From Owenia fusiformis (Eukaryota): a stretch of DNA of 64,000 bases. The notes under the pieces are model-generated. The model was not told the origin of the DNA. It searched no databases and worked only from the letters and a program-made list of their open reading frames with translations. Shown here piece by piece: positions 39,783 to 54,700 of this stretch (the first letter of the stretch is position 1; every line of letters starts with the position of its first letter). A program made the position numbers and the translations under genes. The stretch is taken from positions 39,184,001 through 39,248,000 of the forward strand of contig CAIIXF020000001.1 in NCBI GenBank assembly GCA_903813345.2, given 5' to 3'.

Positions 39783-42700
39783 CTATGGAATCAAAGGACT
39801 ACGTTCAGGTATCTCCTCTTTGGACTTACAACGAAACGTTCTTACAAATTGATATAAGGCCAGAAATAGTGTACAGGAAGCTCCCATAAGCCCCATAATA
39901 AATGCTGTCCATGAGAAACCTACTTTCTCAAGTAAAAATCCACCTCCTATGGAACCTCCGAGTCCTCTGAAAAATAAATAACAAATTCAACAATTTTTGA
40001 AGAAAATATTATTCTACAGTAAGTGGATACTGAATTTTTCCAGTTGATTGAATAAAACATTTACCAGAATGAAGCAACATCTGTATTGGGAAATGAAAAG
40101 ATATCCTAAAATTCAATGACTTTCAGTCATTATAGTTTCACAAAATGATATGCAAAATGATATATAAAAAGGATATTCAATCAATAAATCACTGCGATAA
40201 ACCATTGAAGAATTGAACAAAATTTAAAGATGATTTTTTTTTGTCAGGAGACACTGCTTCTATTCTATTCATTCTATACAACCTTTGACACCATGCACAT
40301 CTAACGAAAGTACTTGGCTCACATGCAATGTCTTTTCAAAAAGAGTTTCAGACTTTTTCAACTTTTGCAAGAGTTCAGTAAACTTGAATGAAAACATGAT
40401 ATTTTGACAATAAAAGTCCTAAAAAGGTGCCAGGAGTATTGAAGGTAATAATAAAGTTTCTTAGCTCACCAAAAGAGGGCATTATGTACTTACAGGACTT
40501 ATCTGTGCTTATTGTGTATTGAACACAGCATTGTATGATTCACAGAAGTATGTTTTGATTATTTTAACGTCTTCTTATGAGTGAGTCTTAAAGGCTTATC
40601 TAGAGCTGTACAAATATTGTATTTAGATTTTCTATGTTCCTTTAACACTGGTCAGTGTCATGATAATGGCCACTGTCTTTCAAATTAACTGATATTGACA
40701 CTTACCATCTGCTATTTAAAAAGCAAGGGCTATTACATTTTGATGCTGAGCAGTGTTTAAATAGTTCTTTTTTAATTCTTATTCCAACATAAATTGAATT
40801 GGAAATTCTGGTCTTACCCAGCGGAAAAGGCTGATGTGTAAAGTCCTGAAGTTATACCATAAGTTTCAAGATTGTCAGGATATCCACTTTTACTGAAAAA
40901 GAAAAAATTATACTTTATCTGAAGCCCAACTTAACTCTATACATGATGAAATAAATAAATCAATGAAAGGAAGAGGTGATTTTTCCATGGTATGGACATG
41001 GTTCCATAGTGGTTGGGCTGGTTCCAAGCCTTCATGGGGATTTTGGGGATTTTTCTCAGATTCAAAGCAAATGCATTTTTCTTTTTGAAAAAGCTACATA
41101 TCACTAATCTATCCTCTTCAACAAATTGAATTTCATTCAAGATATTTTGTTGAAACTTATAATAATCACGGATAATTAAAGTTCCTGTGTGATTCCTAGT
41201 GAATTTATGGAGTTTTCACTAAAAATATGTGATGAAATTTTGACAGTAAACATGGCCACCATTTTTAAACAATTAAGGTGAGCTTTTGAGACACTTCCCG
41301 TGGATCAATGGTTCTTATATAAATATATTTCTGAAGTGTAACCATTTAAAGTATAAACGCATGTCATCAATGTGTGGACAGACAGACAGACATACAGACA
41401 GACAAAGCAGGTGATAACAATAACTCACCAACATGATCTAGCTAAGGTTACTCCAAACATTTAAATTGAATATCAAATGTTGTTTTAAACATTCAAAGAA
41501 GATGCACTTACAATGCTGCGATCAAAAGTTCCTGGAGCGGAGGTACTAAAAGAGTAGAAAAGCCCAAGCCTAGCATGACACTGCTTACAATATTCAACCA
41601 GAGTGATTCTCTGGAATAGTAAAAGAAATAAACAAAGTTACGTAATAATGTAAGAAAATATAGCTAATTTTTTGATGATATTGCATTCCCATGGTAACCA
41701 ACAGTTTGTTGGAAATATAAATTTTCTCATAGAAAATACATAAATACATATTATTACCACCTTGCCGGGCCTATTCTATGGGATTAGTGCTAGTTTAGAA
41801 GGCTTTTATTTACTTTATTGACCTGAGCAATATGTGATGCATAGTGGCGGGCAATAGTGGCGAGCCAAAATTGATATTTCATTTTCGTTCAATGGCAGTC
41901 AGTTCTTGCTATTTCAGCCCTGGGCATAAATGGTTGTAATAATACTAATAATGTCATCTTTGCAGGCAAAATAGTGAAATATTGGACCTTGTATTGGACT
42001 TGGTCCAATATTTCACTTTATTGCCCTTTGCAAATGGGAAATGGCAATAACAGGTAAAATAGGCACTTTATACATAAAATGAATGTGGATATGACTTAAT
42101 AAGAATAGCAGTTTTAATTTGTGCGGGTAATGTTGATGGACGAACCAACAGACAGAGACAAACCTGGCATATTTTAATAGATCATAAATAACCATTTAAT
42201 TTTAATAGGAACCATTTATTGTGCTGTTGAGTAGCTTTCAAAATGTTACTTACATTGGAAGAGACAGAAATGGCACCGGTCCCATTAATGAAAATGATAC
42301 TAAAACCAATATTCCTCCTAAAGCCATTGAACTTTTACACCAGCCCTACAAAATTAAAAAAATTATATAATAGTTGAGAACAAGGCAAAGTATATGACCA
42401 AATGTCATCACCTGGTTGCATATATTGTCAAAGAGTGAAAATGTAAGTGGAAGTCATTTCGGTTCCATGGCAACCAATATTGCTTTAACTCTTAAGATGT
42501 CTATAACATGCTAAAGCAAGCTATCATTTTATACTTGTTTTAGGTTAACATATTAAGTCATCGGAAATATCTGTGATAAGTTCATTACTAATCTTTTTCA
42601 AACATAGATTTCTTCAGTGCCAAGAAAAATCTTAGCCTACATTTGAAGTACATATTAAGAGTGGTGATGTAGACGAGTATTCTAGAGCTTTGGTTTTTTT

Positions 42701-45700
42701 CTTAGAATTCATCGCGATTAGAAGATGAAATTCCTGGAGCTATTTTGTGAGTCTAAGATCTGCGATTCATACGATTCATATTCATATGTATTCATGAATC
42801 TATAGCAAAGCCTGATGTCTTATGCATTGTGTAACTCATGATCACTATATGAGTTGATGAAATAAACATGAACGAAATCTTACTTATTTTGAAATTTATT
42901 TTCCAAGTACCAATTCACCCAATATACAGGGTGACCAATGTCCATAATATAAAGTCTCTTAACACTTTACATATTGTATTTATGAAGAGACTTTTTGGAC
43001 ACCCTATATTACAAATTTACCTTTTTATCAAGGATACAGCCAAGAAATGGTGATGCCAAGGCATACACTGCTGGCCCCACTAGGAACACAATTCCAACCA
43101 AAAGTGGACTTAAATGGAACTGGAATAACAAGGCATTAACATGACAAAATGTCACCACCTAGTTGCTCACAATATTATGAGTTCAAACTTAAGTCAGATT
43201 TGAATTTCTGAGAACTTGTAAAGTCAAATTTGAACTTCTGAAAAGATGTAGATGATTTTGAAAAAAAAATTTGGTCAATTTGAAGCAAGTTGAAAACAGA
43301 CCTTTTTGACCTTTTTTGACCTTGAGAAGGTCATTAAAGGTCAAATGTCAAATCTAAAGTCAGATTTTAATTTCTGAGAACATGTAGATGATTTTGAAAA
43401 AAAAAATTAGTCAATTTGAAGCAAGTTGAAAAAATACCTTTTTGACCTTTTTTGACCTTGAGAAGGTCATTGAAGGTCAAATGTCAAATCTAAAGTCATA
43501 TTTGAATTTCTGAGAACATGTAGATGATTTTGAAAAATAATTTAGTCAATTTGAAGCAAGATGAAAAAATACCTTTTTGACCTTTTTTGACATTGAGAAG
43601 GTCATTGAAGGTCAAATGTCAAATCTCAAGTCAGATTTGAATTTCTGAGAACATGTAGATGATTTTGAAAAATAATTTAGTAAATTTGAAGCAACTTGAA
43701 AAAAGACCTTTTTGACCTTTTTTGACTTTGAGAAGGTCATTGAAGGTCAAATGTCAAATCTTAAGTCAAATCTAAAGTCAGATTTGAATGTCTGAGAACA
43801 CGTAGATGATTTTGAAATTTTTTTTTAGACAATTTGAAGCAAGTTGAAAACAGACCTTTTTGACCTTTTTTGACTTGAGAAGGGTATTAAAGGTCAAATG
43901 TCAAATCTAAAGTCAGATTTGAATTTCTGAGAACATGTAGATGATTTTGAAAAAAAAATTAGTCAATTTGAAGCAAGTTGAAAAAAGACCTTTTTGACCT
44001 TTTTTGACCTTGAGAAGGTCATTGAAGGTCAAATGTCAAATCTAAAGTCATATTTGAATTTCTGAGAACATGTAGATGATTTTGAAAAAAAATTTAGTCA
44101 ATTTGAAGCAAGATGAAAAAATACCCTTTTGACCTTTTTTGACATTGAGAAGGTCATTGAAGGTCAAATGTCAAATCTAAAGTCAGATTTGAATTTCTGA
44201 GAACATGTACATGATTTTGAAAAAAAAATTAGTAAATTTGAAGCAAGTTGAAAAAAGACCTTTTTGACCTTTTTTGACTTTGAGAAGGTCATTGAAGGTC
44301 AAATGTCAAATCTTAAGTCAAATCTAAAGTCAGATTTGAATTTCTGAGAACACATAGATGATTTTGAAAAAATTTTTTAGTCAATTTGAAGCAAGTTGAA
44401 AACAGACCTTTTTGACCTTTTTTGACCTTGAGAAGGTCATTGAAGGTCAAATGTCAAATCTTAAGTCAAATCTTAAGTCAGATTTGAATTTCTGAGAACA
44501 CGTAGATGATTTTGAAAAAAAAAATTAGTCAATTTGAAGGTCAAATGTCAAATCTAAAGTCAGATTTGAATTTCTGAGAACATGTAGATGATTTTGAAAA
44601 AAAATTTAGTCAATGTGAAGCAAGTTGAAAAAAGACCTTTTTGACCTTGAAAAGTTATTGAAGGTCAAATGTCAAATCTAAAGTCAGATTTGAACTTCTG
44701 AGAACATGTAGATGATTTAGAAAAAAATTGAAGTCAGTCTAAACAGTATTTGTTAAGTTATAGGAAGGTGTAAGAAATTTACAGACGCCGGACGCCAACC
44801 TCCAACCGCCGGACGCCAACCGCCGGACGCCAACCGCCGGACGCCAACCGCCGGACGCCAACCACCAACCGCCGTCGCAAAAAAACGGAGACCATAACAA
44901 TATGTCACCACTTTTGGTGGTGACATAAAAAGTCATCATCACATGGAAAGATTTTGAGTCCTTAATGTATTCTACTGTATAAATATACAGTATTACATAA
45001 AATATAACGTAAAATGTTAATAAGTGTCAAAAACAAAACAAAATGTTGAGATTTACAAACTTTCGATGTATTCATACATCTTCATCAGGTAAACTGATAG
45101 CCATGTGGAATTCTTGAAAAACTGTTATGATAACAATAAAATTCCAAAGGGATTCTCGGTCAAATGGAATTTTTCTGACTATACAATGAAGGGTACCAAA
45201 GACATATTTAATCCCATTTTAAGAGATTCTTCTTTGTCTTTAATGAAATCAACAATAAATGTAAAAATTGGAAAATATACATGAAGAAATGATGTTACTT
45301 CATAAAGACATTGAACTTTACATAAAAGTATGATATGTACAATATTCTTTGGCCGATCAGATCACAATCACTTAAATAAAGATTATATCAAAAATGATAT
45401 AAAAACCAAAGATCTATATCAATTTTGTGATATATCCCAATCTCTGTTATATACTTACTGGTTTTAAATGCAGAGAATATGCGACATCTAAAAAACCTAT
45501 AGTGAGAGCTCCCACAAATATAATGTAATACACTAAGAATGTGATAGGCATCTTGAACAATGACAGTATAGATCCCTGCATATTCTCTAAATCTGAAAGA
45601 GGATATCAAATTGTTAATGGCATTCAATGATTCATACAGTGCACTTTTAGCATCGTTCAATCTATGATATTCAAGCAGCATCATAAAATTGGGCCATTAG

Positions 45701-48700
45701 ATCAGATGTAAAATTTGAGTAGGATAACAAATACATCCATGCTATTCCTGGATCTAATAAATGGAAGAAGTTTCAGTTGAAAAAAAACCATATGAATAAA
45801 GGAAAGGACTAGGTATAGTATGGCAAGTGATTTTATCTTTCACCAGGAGTACTCACTGGCCATAAATACAGTGGTTTTTATTATTTAATAATAAAAAGTG
45901 ATATCTTCAAGACGAGACTTTCAATAACATTCTTCTTTTGAAGAAGTTTTAGACCCTTTGTTGAATAATCTTTTCATGCAATAAATATCAGAAATAGAAA
46001 ATCCTCTTTTGAGTAAATAGGTCCAACAATTTGAAAAAAATATTGACAAAATTCATAATTTTGAGAATTGTTTTATATTTTTGGTATCCTTAAGAATTTA
46101 TTTGAAACACAACACATTTTGCTAATGAGAAATGTCATATTTAAAGGCAGAATCAGATCTATGGGGTTAACAAAATTTCAAGCAACATGTACAAATAATA
46201 TATTATTGTAAAAACCTTTAGTTTTCCTAAGTGCACACTTTGGGGATTTCTAGAAAATGGACATTAAAAGGTATGATATGAGCCAAAATAATTCTAAAAT
46301 TGAAACGTTAGGCTGCTCACTAGATGTGATTTTCTCTTTAAATTGAGAAAGTAATCATGTAAACTATGACCGTCTCCAATTTCTTGCCCTACCATACCTG
46401 GTCCTTTTTTGTAAGGCGAGGCAACTGCCTCATGCCTGACTAAAGTTGGATTTTGGGAGATGTAATTTTGAACTGTAGAATACTGCCACTTTCATAAAAT
46501 TTTGTAACCTTCATGAAAACACCTTTTTTCAGATTACTATGCTCCAGTTAAACCATTCTTTCCTAAGAAAGATCTGAAAAATCTATAAGGCCAAATAATG
46601 GCTCAAATCTAGTTTTCTAGCCACAATCATGAACATCCCTTGTTATTTTTGTTTACGATATATAATAATTATCAGTAGTCTTATTTATTTTAAATCACTC
46701 ACTTTTGGGTGATGGGAGCAACCAAATGCACAGTATTGCTATAAATGTGACTAGAGCCCCTGAGACTACGAAGGGGAGCTTAAATCCACCAGCCTACAAA
46801 GTTAAAAATGAATTTTTAATGATTATTTTCTGTCAGGGTACAGCAAACCCCATCAAACATCTTATTGAGTGATAATCTGGTACAGTTATGCAGCCATTGC
46901 TCATTATCACTCAATATTGCTTTCCAGTTTTCAAGCATCTGCTGTATAGTTGATGGTGGACATCTTTAAAATGGGCTTTGGATCAGAACTTCATAGTTTA
47001 TAAGGATATATTGCTTTAAAACCTGAACTAAATATGATCATTGCTTGAGCTAATGATGTTACCAATAGAATGGATGGACAAACATGTGTGGACATCCGGA
47101 TGGCCATGTATTTTCTGTATCCCTTCAGATTTTGTTTGATGGGATAATTGGCGAAGTTACACATAACATAAAATAATTACTTACTTTATAAATAAGGTAC
47201 ATGTAAATGAGATGCTGATAAGGAGATTTTTGAGCAATTTTTAGTCCTTATACGAATCATTAAATTTAAACAACATTAAAACGTGCCTATATTTTAAAAC
47301 AGTCATTGCTAGAACATGAAAATGTCAAGAGAAATAATAAAGTAAGAATTGTGAGAATTCACTGTCACATTGCCTTACATTACATTGCCTGACTGTATGT
47401 TTAATGACAGTGATCTGCATTTAGTCACTGTTATTGTGAGTGAAAGCATTGTCACTACAATATTGTCAGTGCACCCTCAACCTCGAAAATAGGGTTCAAT
47501 CCCATACGTTTGAAACACTTTCTCCATCATGTACATGTAAAAATATTTTGATCTCCAGATTTTTGAGTGATCTTTCACAACATTTACTAATCAATGAAGT
47601 AGAAAGCACCAAAGATGATGAATGTATAGCTACAGACTCTCATTTTTGATTGTTTTCAAAATAATATTTTTTTAATTTTTACAAATGATTAATAACCTGT
47701 ACATGTACATGTATATTATGATGTAGAAAGTGCAAAAAGTGAAGTGAGTATAATATACAGTATGAAAGGACAAGATTTGTTTAATACATTATCAAAAAGT
47801 GTTGGGTTAGAACATTATAGTAAGTGAAAAGGTAGGGTCTTCTAAGTTAATGAATTCAAGTAAACTATCCTATGATGTTATTTCATAAACATGCTACATG
47901 TATCATATTTGAAATCTACATATAAGCACCATATAAATGTGGTCTTAAGAATTGTTGATTTACTTTGAAAATTCAAATAGGTACATAACAACCTAAGATT
48001 TGTGAATTTGCAAATCCTAAAATTGAGTTTTCCTAAAATTCCTGCCAGAAAAGCTTGATATCCACCCAAAAGTTAATCATCTTTAGAACTTGGTACCCTC
48101 TAACATGTTTATAGAATTGAATAAAGAGGAGATCGAGAAGATCAAGCCAACAGAGAAACAAGAACATTTGCCTGGAATGGATATCCAAATTACTTTTTAA
48201 AAAGAGCAAAGGAGAATAAAATTATGACAGAACTGAAATCCTAGATTAGTATTATCATTATCATTCCATGATTACAGCACTCAAAGAGCCTTGCTTATTT
48301 TTAAAACCTGACTTGCCCTGGTACACTTGCCATAATACACTGTAGTAGTAGTTGTATTTTACAAAGTTCTAAAAAACACAAAACAAGCAATAACACATCT
48401 ACCATGCAGCTAGAAAATGTCGAAAGGGTATCAGTAAATTACCAACAATTCAACCAAACCAAAATGAGCCTGAGTATAAGTCTACCTTTGCAAGTATTTA
48501 TTTCGTTTGAATGAATTGATCATTAGTAATCTAACTGACTCCCATAAGACAATGACCACACTACATAGCAAAAAATATTAATTCAACTAATATATACTAT
48601 GTTAGTAAAAGGTTAAACAACAAATTAGTGCTACATAATGTACCTGAAACAATGCTCCCCCAATTACGGGCCCTATCATCATGCCCAAGCCACCAAAAAC

Positions 48701-51700
48701 CTCTATTATGCCCTTAAATGCAACAGACATATAACATAATACATTAAAATAGTTTTGAACTTTCAATGGTAGAGTCCTTGTAATTTGGTATAGTTTCATG
48801 GGGTTGAGACATGAAATGAGAAAGGATTGGTATCGATATGGTGAACTGAATTCAACATTGTTTTTCTCAACCAATTATTGAAAATATTCTGGAAATCGTC
48901 ACTGTTAAACAACAATTTAATGCGAAAATTATTGACATATTTTTATATAACTGTTTTTGTTGGCACTTTTTGTTTTTTGTTCCTTTCTATCAATTCTTGA
49001 AAATGAAATATCTTTCCGAACCTTGTTGGAACAAAATAGCATATACATATCTAAATCTAAATCTAAAAATCTAAATCTATACATGTACAACATTTTCTTA
49101 GATCTCTCAATACTATAGTTATACAAAGAAAAGTTTGTTTAATCTAACAAAAAGTATTTAAAAAATTAAAACAAAACCCCCCAAAAATAGATAATAATTA
49201 GGTAAACCTTTTATTTCATAAACAAGATACTTTTTTAAATGAACCAAACTTTCCATTTTACAATTACAACATTGAGAGACCTAAACAAGTGTATATGTCA
49301 TTTTGTTTCAATGAGGTTTGGATTGATTTTTCATTTCATTCATGTTCCACCTTCATACATGTTATATTAGAGTTAACAGCCATAAACAGTACAATGAACA
49401 ATGAAAAAGTCCTTCATTTCTATCAGTAAGGAGCTGTAGTTGTCAAACTGAATACCAAAGCCATAAAAGAACACCTTGAACTGAAGGTTCCTCATCTACA
49501 ACTGAAAATTGGGTTAATTATTCATACTTAACTCTATCTGTTCACTGGAGACACAGACAGGAGAGAATACATGTATTTGTATAGAGATAAAAAGCGAGGA
49601 TAATTTCAGATTTCTGTGTTTCACCTTATGAGGTAATACTGTATCATAGCATTGGATTGATGAATTCCCTGGAGCATTTGATGAAAAACATGGGGATTAT
49701 TTCATATTGAACAAATCTATAAAAGGCCTGTATGTACACAGAACATCAAAATCAAGAACTGAAGATTTTCATAAATCATTATGGACCTTAAAAAGGAAAT
49801 ACAGATACAAATCTACAAAGGAATTAATTTGAAAATATGAATTCATCTACCAAAGACATGTTTGCCACAGGTATGTAGGTATCCATGGCGATAAATTGAA
49901 TCAATTGACTGGTTAATATCAATTTTGTCATAAAAATCAGCAAATCAACACCTTTCAGTCAGAATTTGACAGTTGGTATTTAGACAGGTATGCATGAATC
50001 ACACCTTTCAATGTAAAAAAAATATGAAGTGGTAACAAAATTGAGCCTGCTAATCAGCAGTATTTTGGATTTCCAAGGTATGAGTTTGAAACCAAAAATG
50101 CCACTTTAAAATTAAAAAGACGATCACTGACTCATCACTGAACTCAAAATATTGAAAATGCAGGAAAAATATTTCAAGAATGTCCTGTCACCAAGTGCCT
50201 AAACTTTGCAAACCCTATCAGAGATGCGTTCAGCATGATAATGGAGAATATGAATGTATATGTAACCCAGGATACCATGGAGGAAACTGCATGTTCAGTA
50301 AGTAATGTTAGTCTTTCTAACTCTATCAGATCATGCCTTGTTTATTTTTTGATCCTGGCTTTCCCATGCAGATGCCTGTTGACCATTGTGGGGATAACAG
50401 TTTTATCAATTCCTTTCTAATGTAAAAGCCACAGATGGTATGACAATGCATATTTACAAATTATATCTTATTCATGTACAGCTGTTTTTCTTTTAGGTCA
50501 AGTGTAGTTGAAGCAATAAAAGTACAGTTTGTACATCAGACTTCAAGTCTTGATAAAATTTTGAATACTACAAAGACAATAATACATGTACTCAGGAAAT
50601 CTAAAGAATCATGAAGCCAGCAAAAAACAACATTAGTGCATTTGTTGTTCAAAAGTGAGAAATGTAGACATTGTGGGGAAGGAGTGATTCAAAGGAGCAC
50701 GTAGGTTGTTGCAAACAATTTCAGACGGTTATATCTTGGTTTATGACTATTTTCTGACAATGAAGACAGGTTTATCTTTGAGATCCATTATCTCAAAGAA
50801 AACCAGAACAACGGCAACGCCAAAGCGTAGCGAATCCCATCGAACAGAAATGACTGACATTTTTACAAACGAATAGCAAATATCATAAAACAACACACCA
50901 GAAAGGCCACCATTTTCAAAATGGTTGCTCACTGCCAATTAAGTTGTCATCAGAAGAAATAATATGCTTTTAAGTAGCTACCTATAAAATTTTTGAAAAA
51001 TCGCACACATACTTGTAAAATAACACACATAAAAATGGTGGCCATTTTTCAAAATGGCCGACTACTCCCCAAAGTTTTACTAGACAATGTGCCATGCTTA
51101 AAGTATTCACATATCAAATATGAACAAAATCGCTCCACTACTTTTCGAGTTAAAGTAAAAAATGTAAAAATGACAGCCATTTTTAAAATGGCCACCTATA
51201 CTATCCGTAGTGTCATAAGACAGTATGCAAGACTCATGAGTACTCACATATCAAATATGAACAAAATCGCTTCACTACTTTTCAAGTTATAGTAGAAAAC
51301 GTAAAAATGGTGGCCATTTTGAAAAATGGCCACCTTCTACCCAAAGTGTCATTAGACAGTGTGCCATGCTTATAGAATTCACATATAAAATATGAAACAT
51401 ACCAAATATGAACAAAATCGCTCCACTACTTTCAAGTTATAGTAAAAAAAACGTTAAAACCTTCTACCAAAAGCGTCATTAGACAGTGTGCCATGCTTTT
51501 TGTATTCACATACCAAATATAAACAAAATCGCTCCACTACTTTTCGAGTTATAGTAAATGACGTTAAAATGGCGGCCATTTTTCAAAATTATTTTCAAAA
51601 TGGCGCCTTCTACCAAAAGTGTCATAGTACAGTGTGCCATGCTTATAGTATTCACATACCAAATATGAACAAAATCGCTCCACTACTTTTCGAGTTATAG

Positions 51701-54700
51701 TAAAATACGTTAAAATGGCGGCCATATTTCAAAATTATTTTCAAAATGGCGCCTTCTACCAAAAGTGTCATTAGACAGTGTGCCATGCTTATAGTATTCA
51801 CATACCAAATATGAACAAAATCGCTCCACTACTTTTCGAGTTATAGTAAAAAAATATGTTAAAATGGCGGTCATTTTTCAAATTTTTTTTCAAAATGGCC
51901 GCCTTCTACCAAAAGTGTCATAGGACAGTGTGCCATGCTTATAGTATTCACATACCAAATATGAACAAAATCGCTCCACTACTTTTCGAGTTATAGTAAA
52001 ATATGTTAAAATGGCAGCCATTTTTCAAAATGGCCGCCTTCAACCAAAAGTGTCTTGAGACAGTGTGCAATGCTAATAGTATTCACATACCAAATATGAA
52101 CAAAATCGCTCCACTATTTTTTGAGTTACAGCAAAAATCGTAAAATGACGAGTAAAGGCCGCCATTTTTCAAGATGGCTGCCATGTGCTTCTTTAATATC
52201 TACATTTGTAGCATTATTAATGTCCTTTATAATTTTTTACATTTAAAACATATTGCTATTACAGTTTTACATATTGCACCTAAATTACTGTAAAATCGGC
52301 ACTAAAATGGCTGCCATTTTGAAATGAGTGGCCATTTTGAAAATCGGCTTTCGAGCAGAACTTCTACCCCCATAGGGTATATGTGTACAAAATATGAACA
52401 AAATCGGGCCAACGGTATTTGAGTTATTGCCCGGACGGACGGACGGACGGACGGAGGCGTTCCCTATATCCCTCCGAACTTCGTTCAAGCAATCAACCCA
52501 TCAACATACTTTTCAAAGATGTTAACCTCATTTGCACCGAAAATGCAATCATTTTTTACATTGTTGAATGCATTACTATTCTTTATTTTAATGTATCAAA
52601 TATTTCTTGAAAGAAAAACTTAATTCCTTTAAGATAAATGTTCCCCACGTTATTTCTCCATTGAAAAATCTCATGCTATCCATTGGTTTCAGTTCATTTT
52701 GGTCATCTAAATTCAGTATCTTTAAAGTTCCTGGAGCAATCAACTTTTCCTCTTAGGAAATAGAACGTGTCTCAAAGCAAATTCTAATTATTCATTCAAC
52801 AATATAATATAAAAGGTTGCATTTTTGGTGAAAATTAGGTCAACATTTTTGAAAAAGTATGTTGATTGGTCCATTGCCACTTCAATATCACTTAGGTCTG
52901 ATTAAATAAATTATCATTATATATACTTTTCTTGAAGATAATGAATGGATCTAAAAGATACACCTATGTCAGCATGTTCATGATCAGAAAATATTCATAA
53001 TTCAAGTTAGAATTGTTTGAAATTGTTTGCGAGTACCTACGTGCTCCTTTGAAAAATAACATGTGACCCTATTGAGGGTTGCAGCAAAATTCCGGACATG
53101 CACCCTGACCTTAAGGTTTACCTCATCTGTTTAAAGCCTCAAGTAATTTGCGATCCTGGCTAGGCCTGTGACAATATATTAATAATCAAATATTTCATTT
53201 AATCAGGTGTTTGTGATGGGCATCCATGTAAAAACTGGGGAACATGTTTTGCGGGAAGAGATGGGAGACCAGAATGCAGCTGTGCCCTGGGATATACAGG
53301 AAGCAACTGTGAAATCAGTGAGTAAACATACATACATTACGATTCAACAAAATAAACATCAACGCCTGGAAAAGTATAACAACGGGTCACTTCTTGGTGG
53401 TTACATAAGTAGTAGTGCACCAATCTCATAGATATTTATAGAAACTGACTTATTCAATGTTTCAGTTGAAGGAAGTGTCCCCTCTTCAAGCATTGGCCCA
53501 AGTGGACCTCCTACATCTGGCAATGCAATCCTAACTGTGACAGTGATATGTGTGCTAGCAATTGCATTTGGCATCATCATTGGCTGTGTTAACATAGTAA
53601 ACAGGTAAGAGCTTTATGCCATGGAGATTGAACTTGAGAAGAGACTTATGCAAGAAAATGCATGATGTTTGAACCCGGGGGGGGGGGGGGTTCACTCCAA
53701 TATACCTCTTAATACCCATGTGCTGCGCCAAAGACCCCCTTTTTCAGCATTTTTTCCATTTTTCCTTCCGAGATTGAAAGTTCCCATATATACTTCCTCT
53801 CAGACTTATAAAAGGGAGTGATATTGGTATATTTAACAACAAAATCCACCTTTTGGGCGATTTGTAACATTTGAGTATCTAGAAGAATCAAATGAATCGT
53901 AATATTGGCCCATAATTTGTAAACTAGCCCTTCATAAAAACTCAACTTTACTTTTACAGTATAGCAGTCAATGAGGATTAGGGCACTTTGAAATTTTGTA
54001 CCCTCTTTGAATAAGTTGATTTTGCTTCTTTAAAAGAGATGTTCATTTGTATTCTTTGAATTCAAAATAATCATTTGATGTTTTATGTTTATCAGCAGTC
54101 ATTAACTTTGTCCTATTCTGGGGGAAGTGATTACTACTGAACTTTGGGTCCCAGGGTAAGATTATATGTAAACTTACCCAGTTTTATTTTTCGTTTTCAA
54201 TATGATTCCAGATACATAAGAAAGGCCTCATCACCTAGGGCTAGCGTGACTGTTGGAGATGATACACATCGTCACACATATGCAAGTGACTGTCACCAAT
54301 ATCAAGAACCAGTAAATGCCCATACTGATAATACTATACTTCATTCATTTAGGGACCTTGAATATACAGAACCTTCAATAAATAGGGTAATACATCTGGG
54401 ATACAATACACCTCCTTCATTTAGAAACATGGGACATATCAGGCCTTCTTCACATTGCACAAGATACGTGGGACGATTAATAAGAGAGTTTCTGACAAGT
54501 AGGACATATTGGAATAACTCTAACACAAACAACAATCAAGGCCTTCACTCTAGGCCTCAATGGACAACAACACTTATTTTACCCCCACCTTATTCACCCG
54601 TTGATACCAATGAGCATCATGAGCTCACTGAGACAAGCACTCCATATTCACCCATTGATACCACTGGACATCATGAGCTGACTGAGACAAGCCCTCCCTA

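Noticed and set aside
50235..53431. ORF-track translations [10 protein letters not shown].. and [10 protein letters not shown]..
   Set aside because: Wrong frames; the real exons encode EGF domains in another frame
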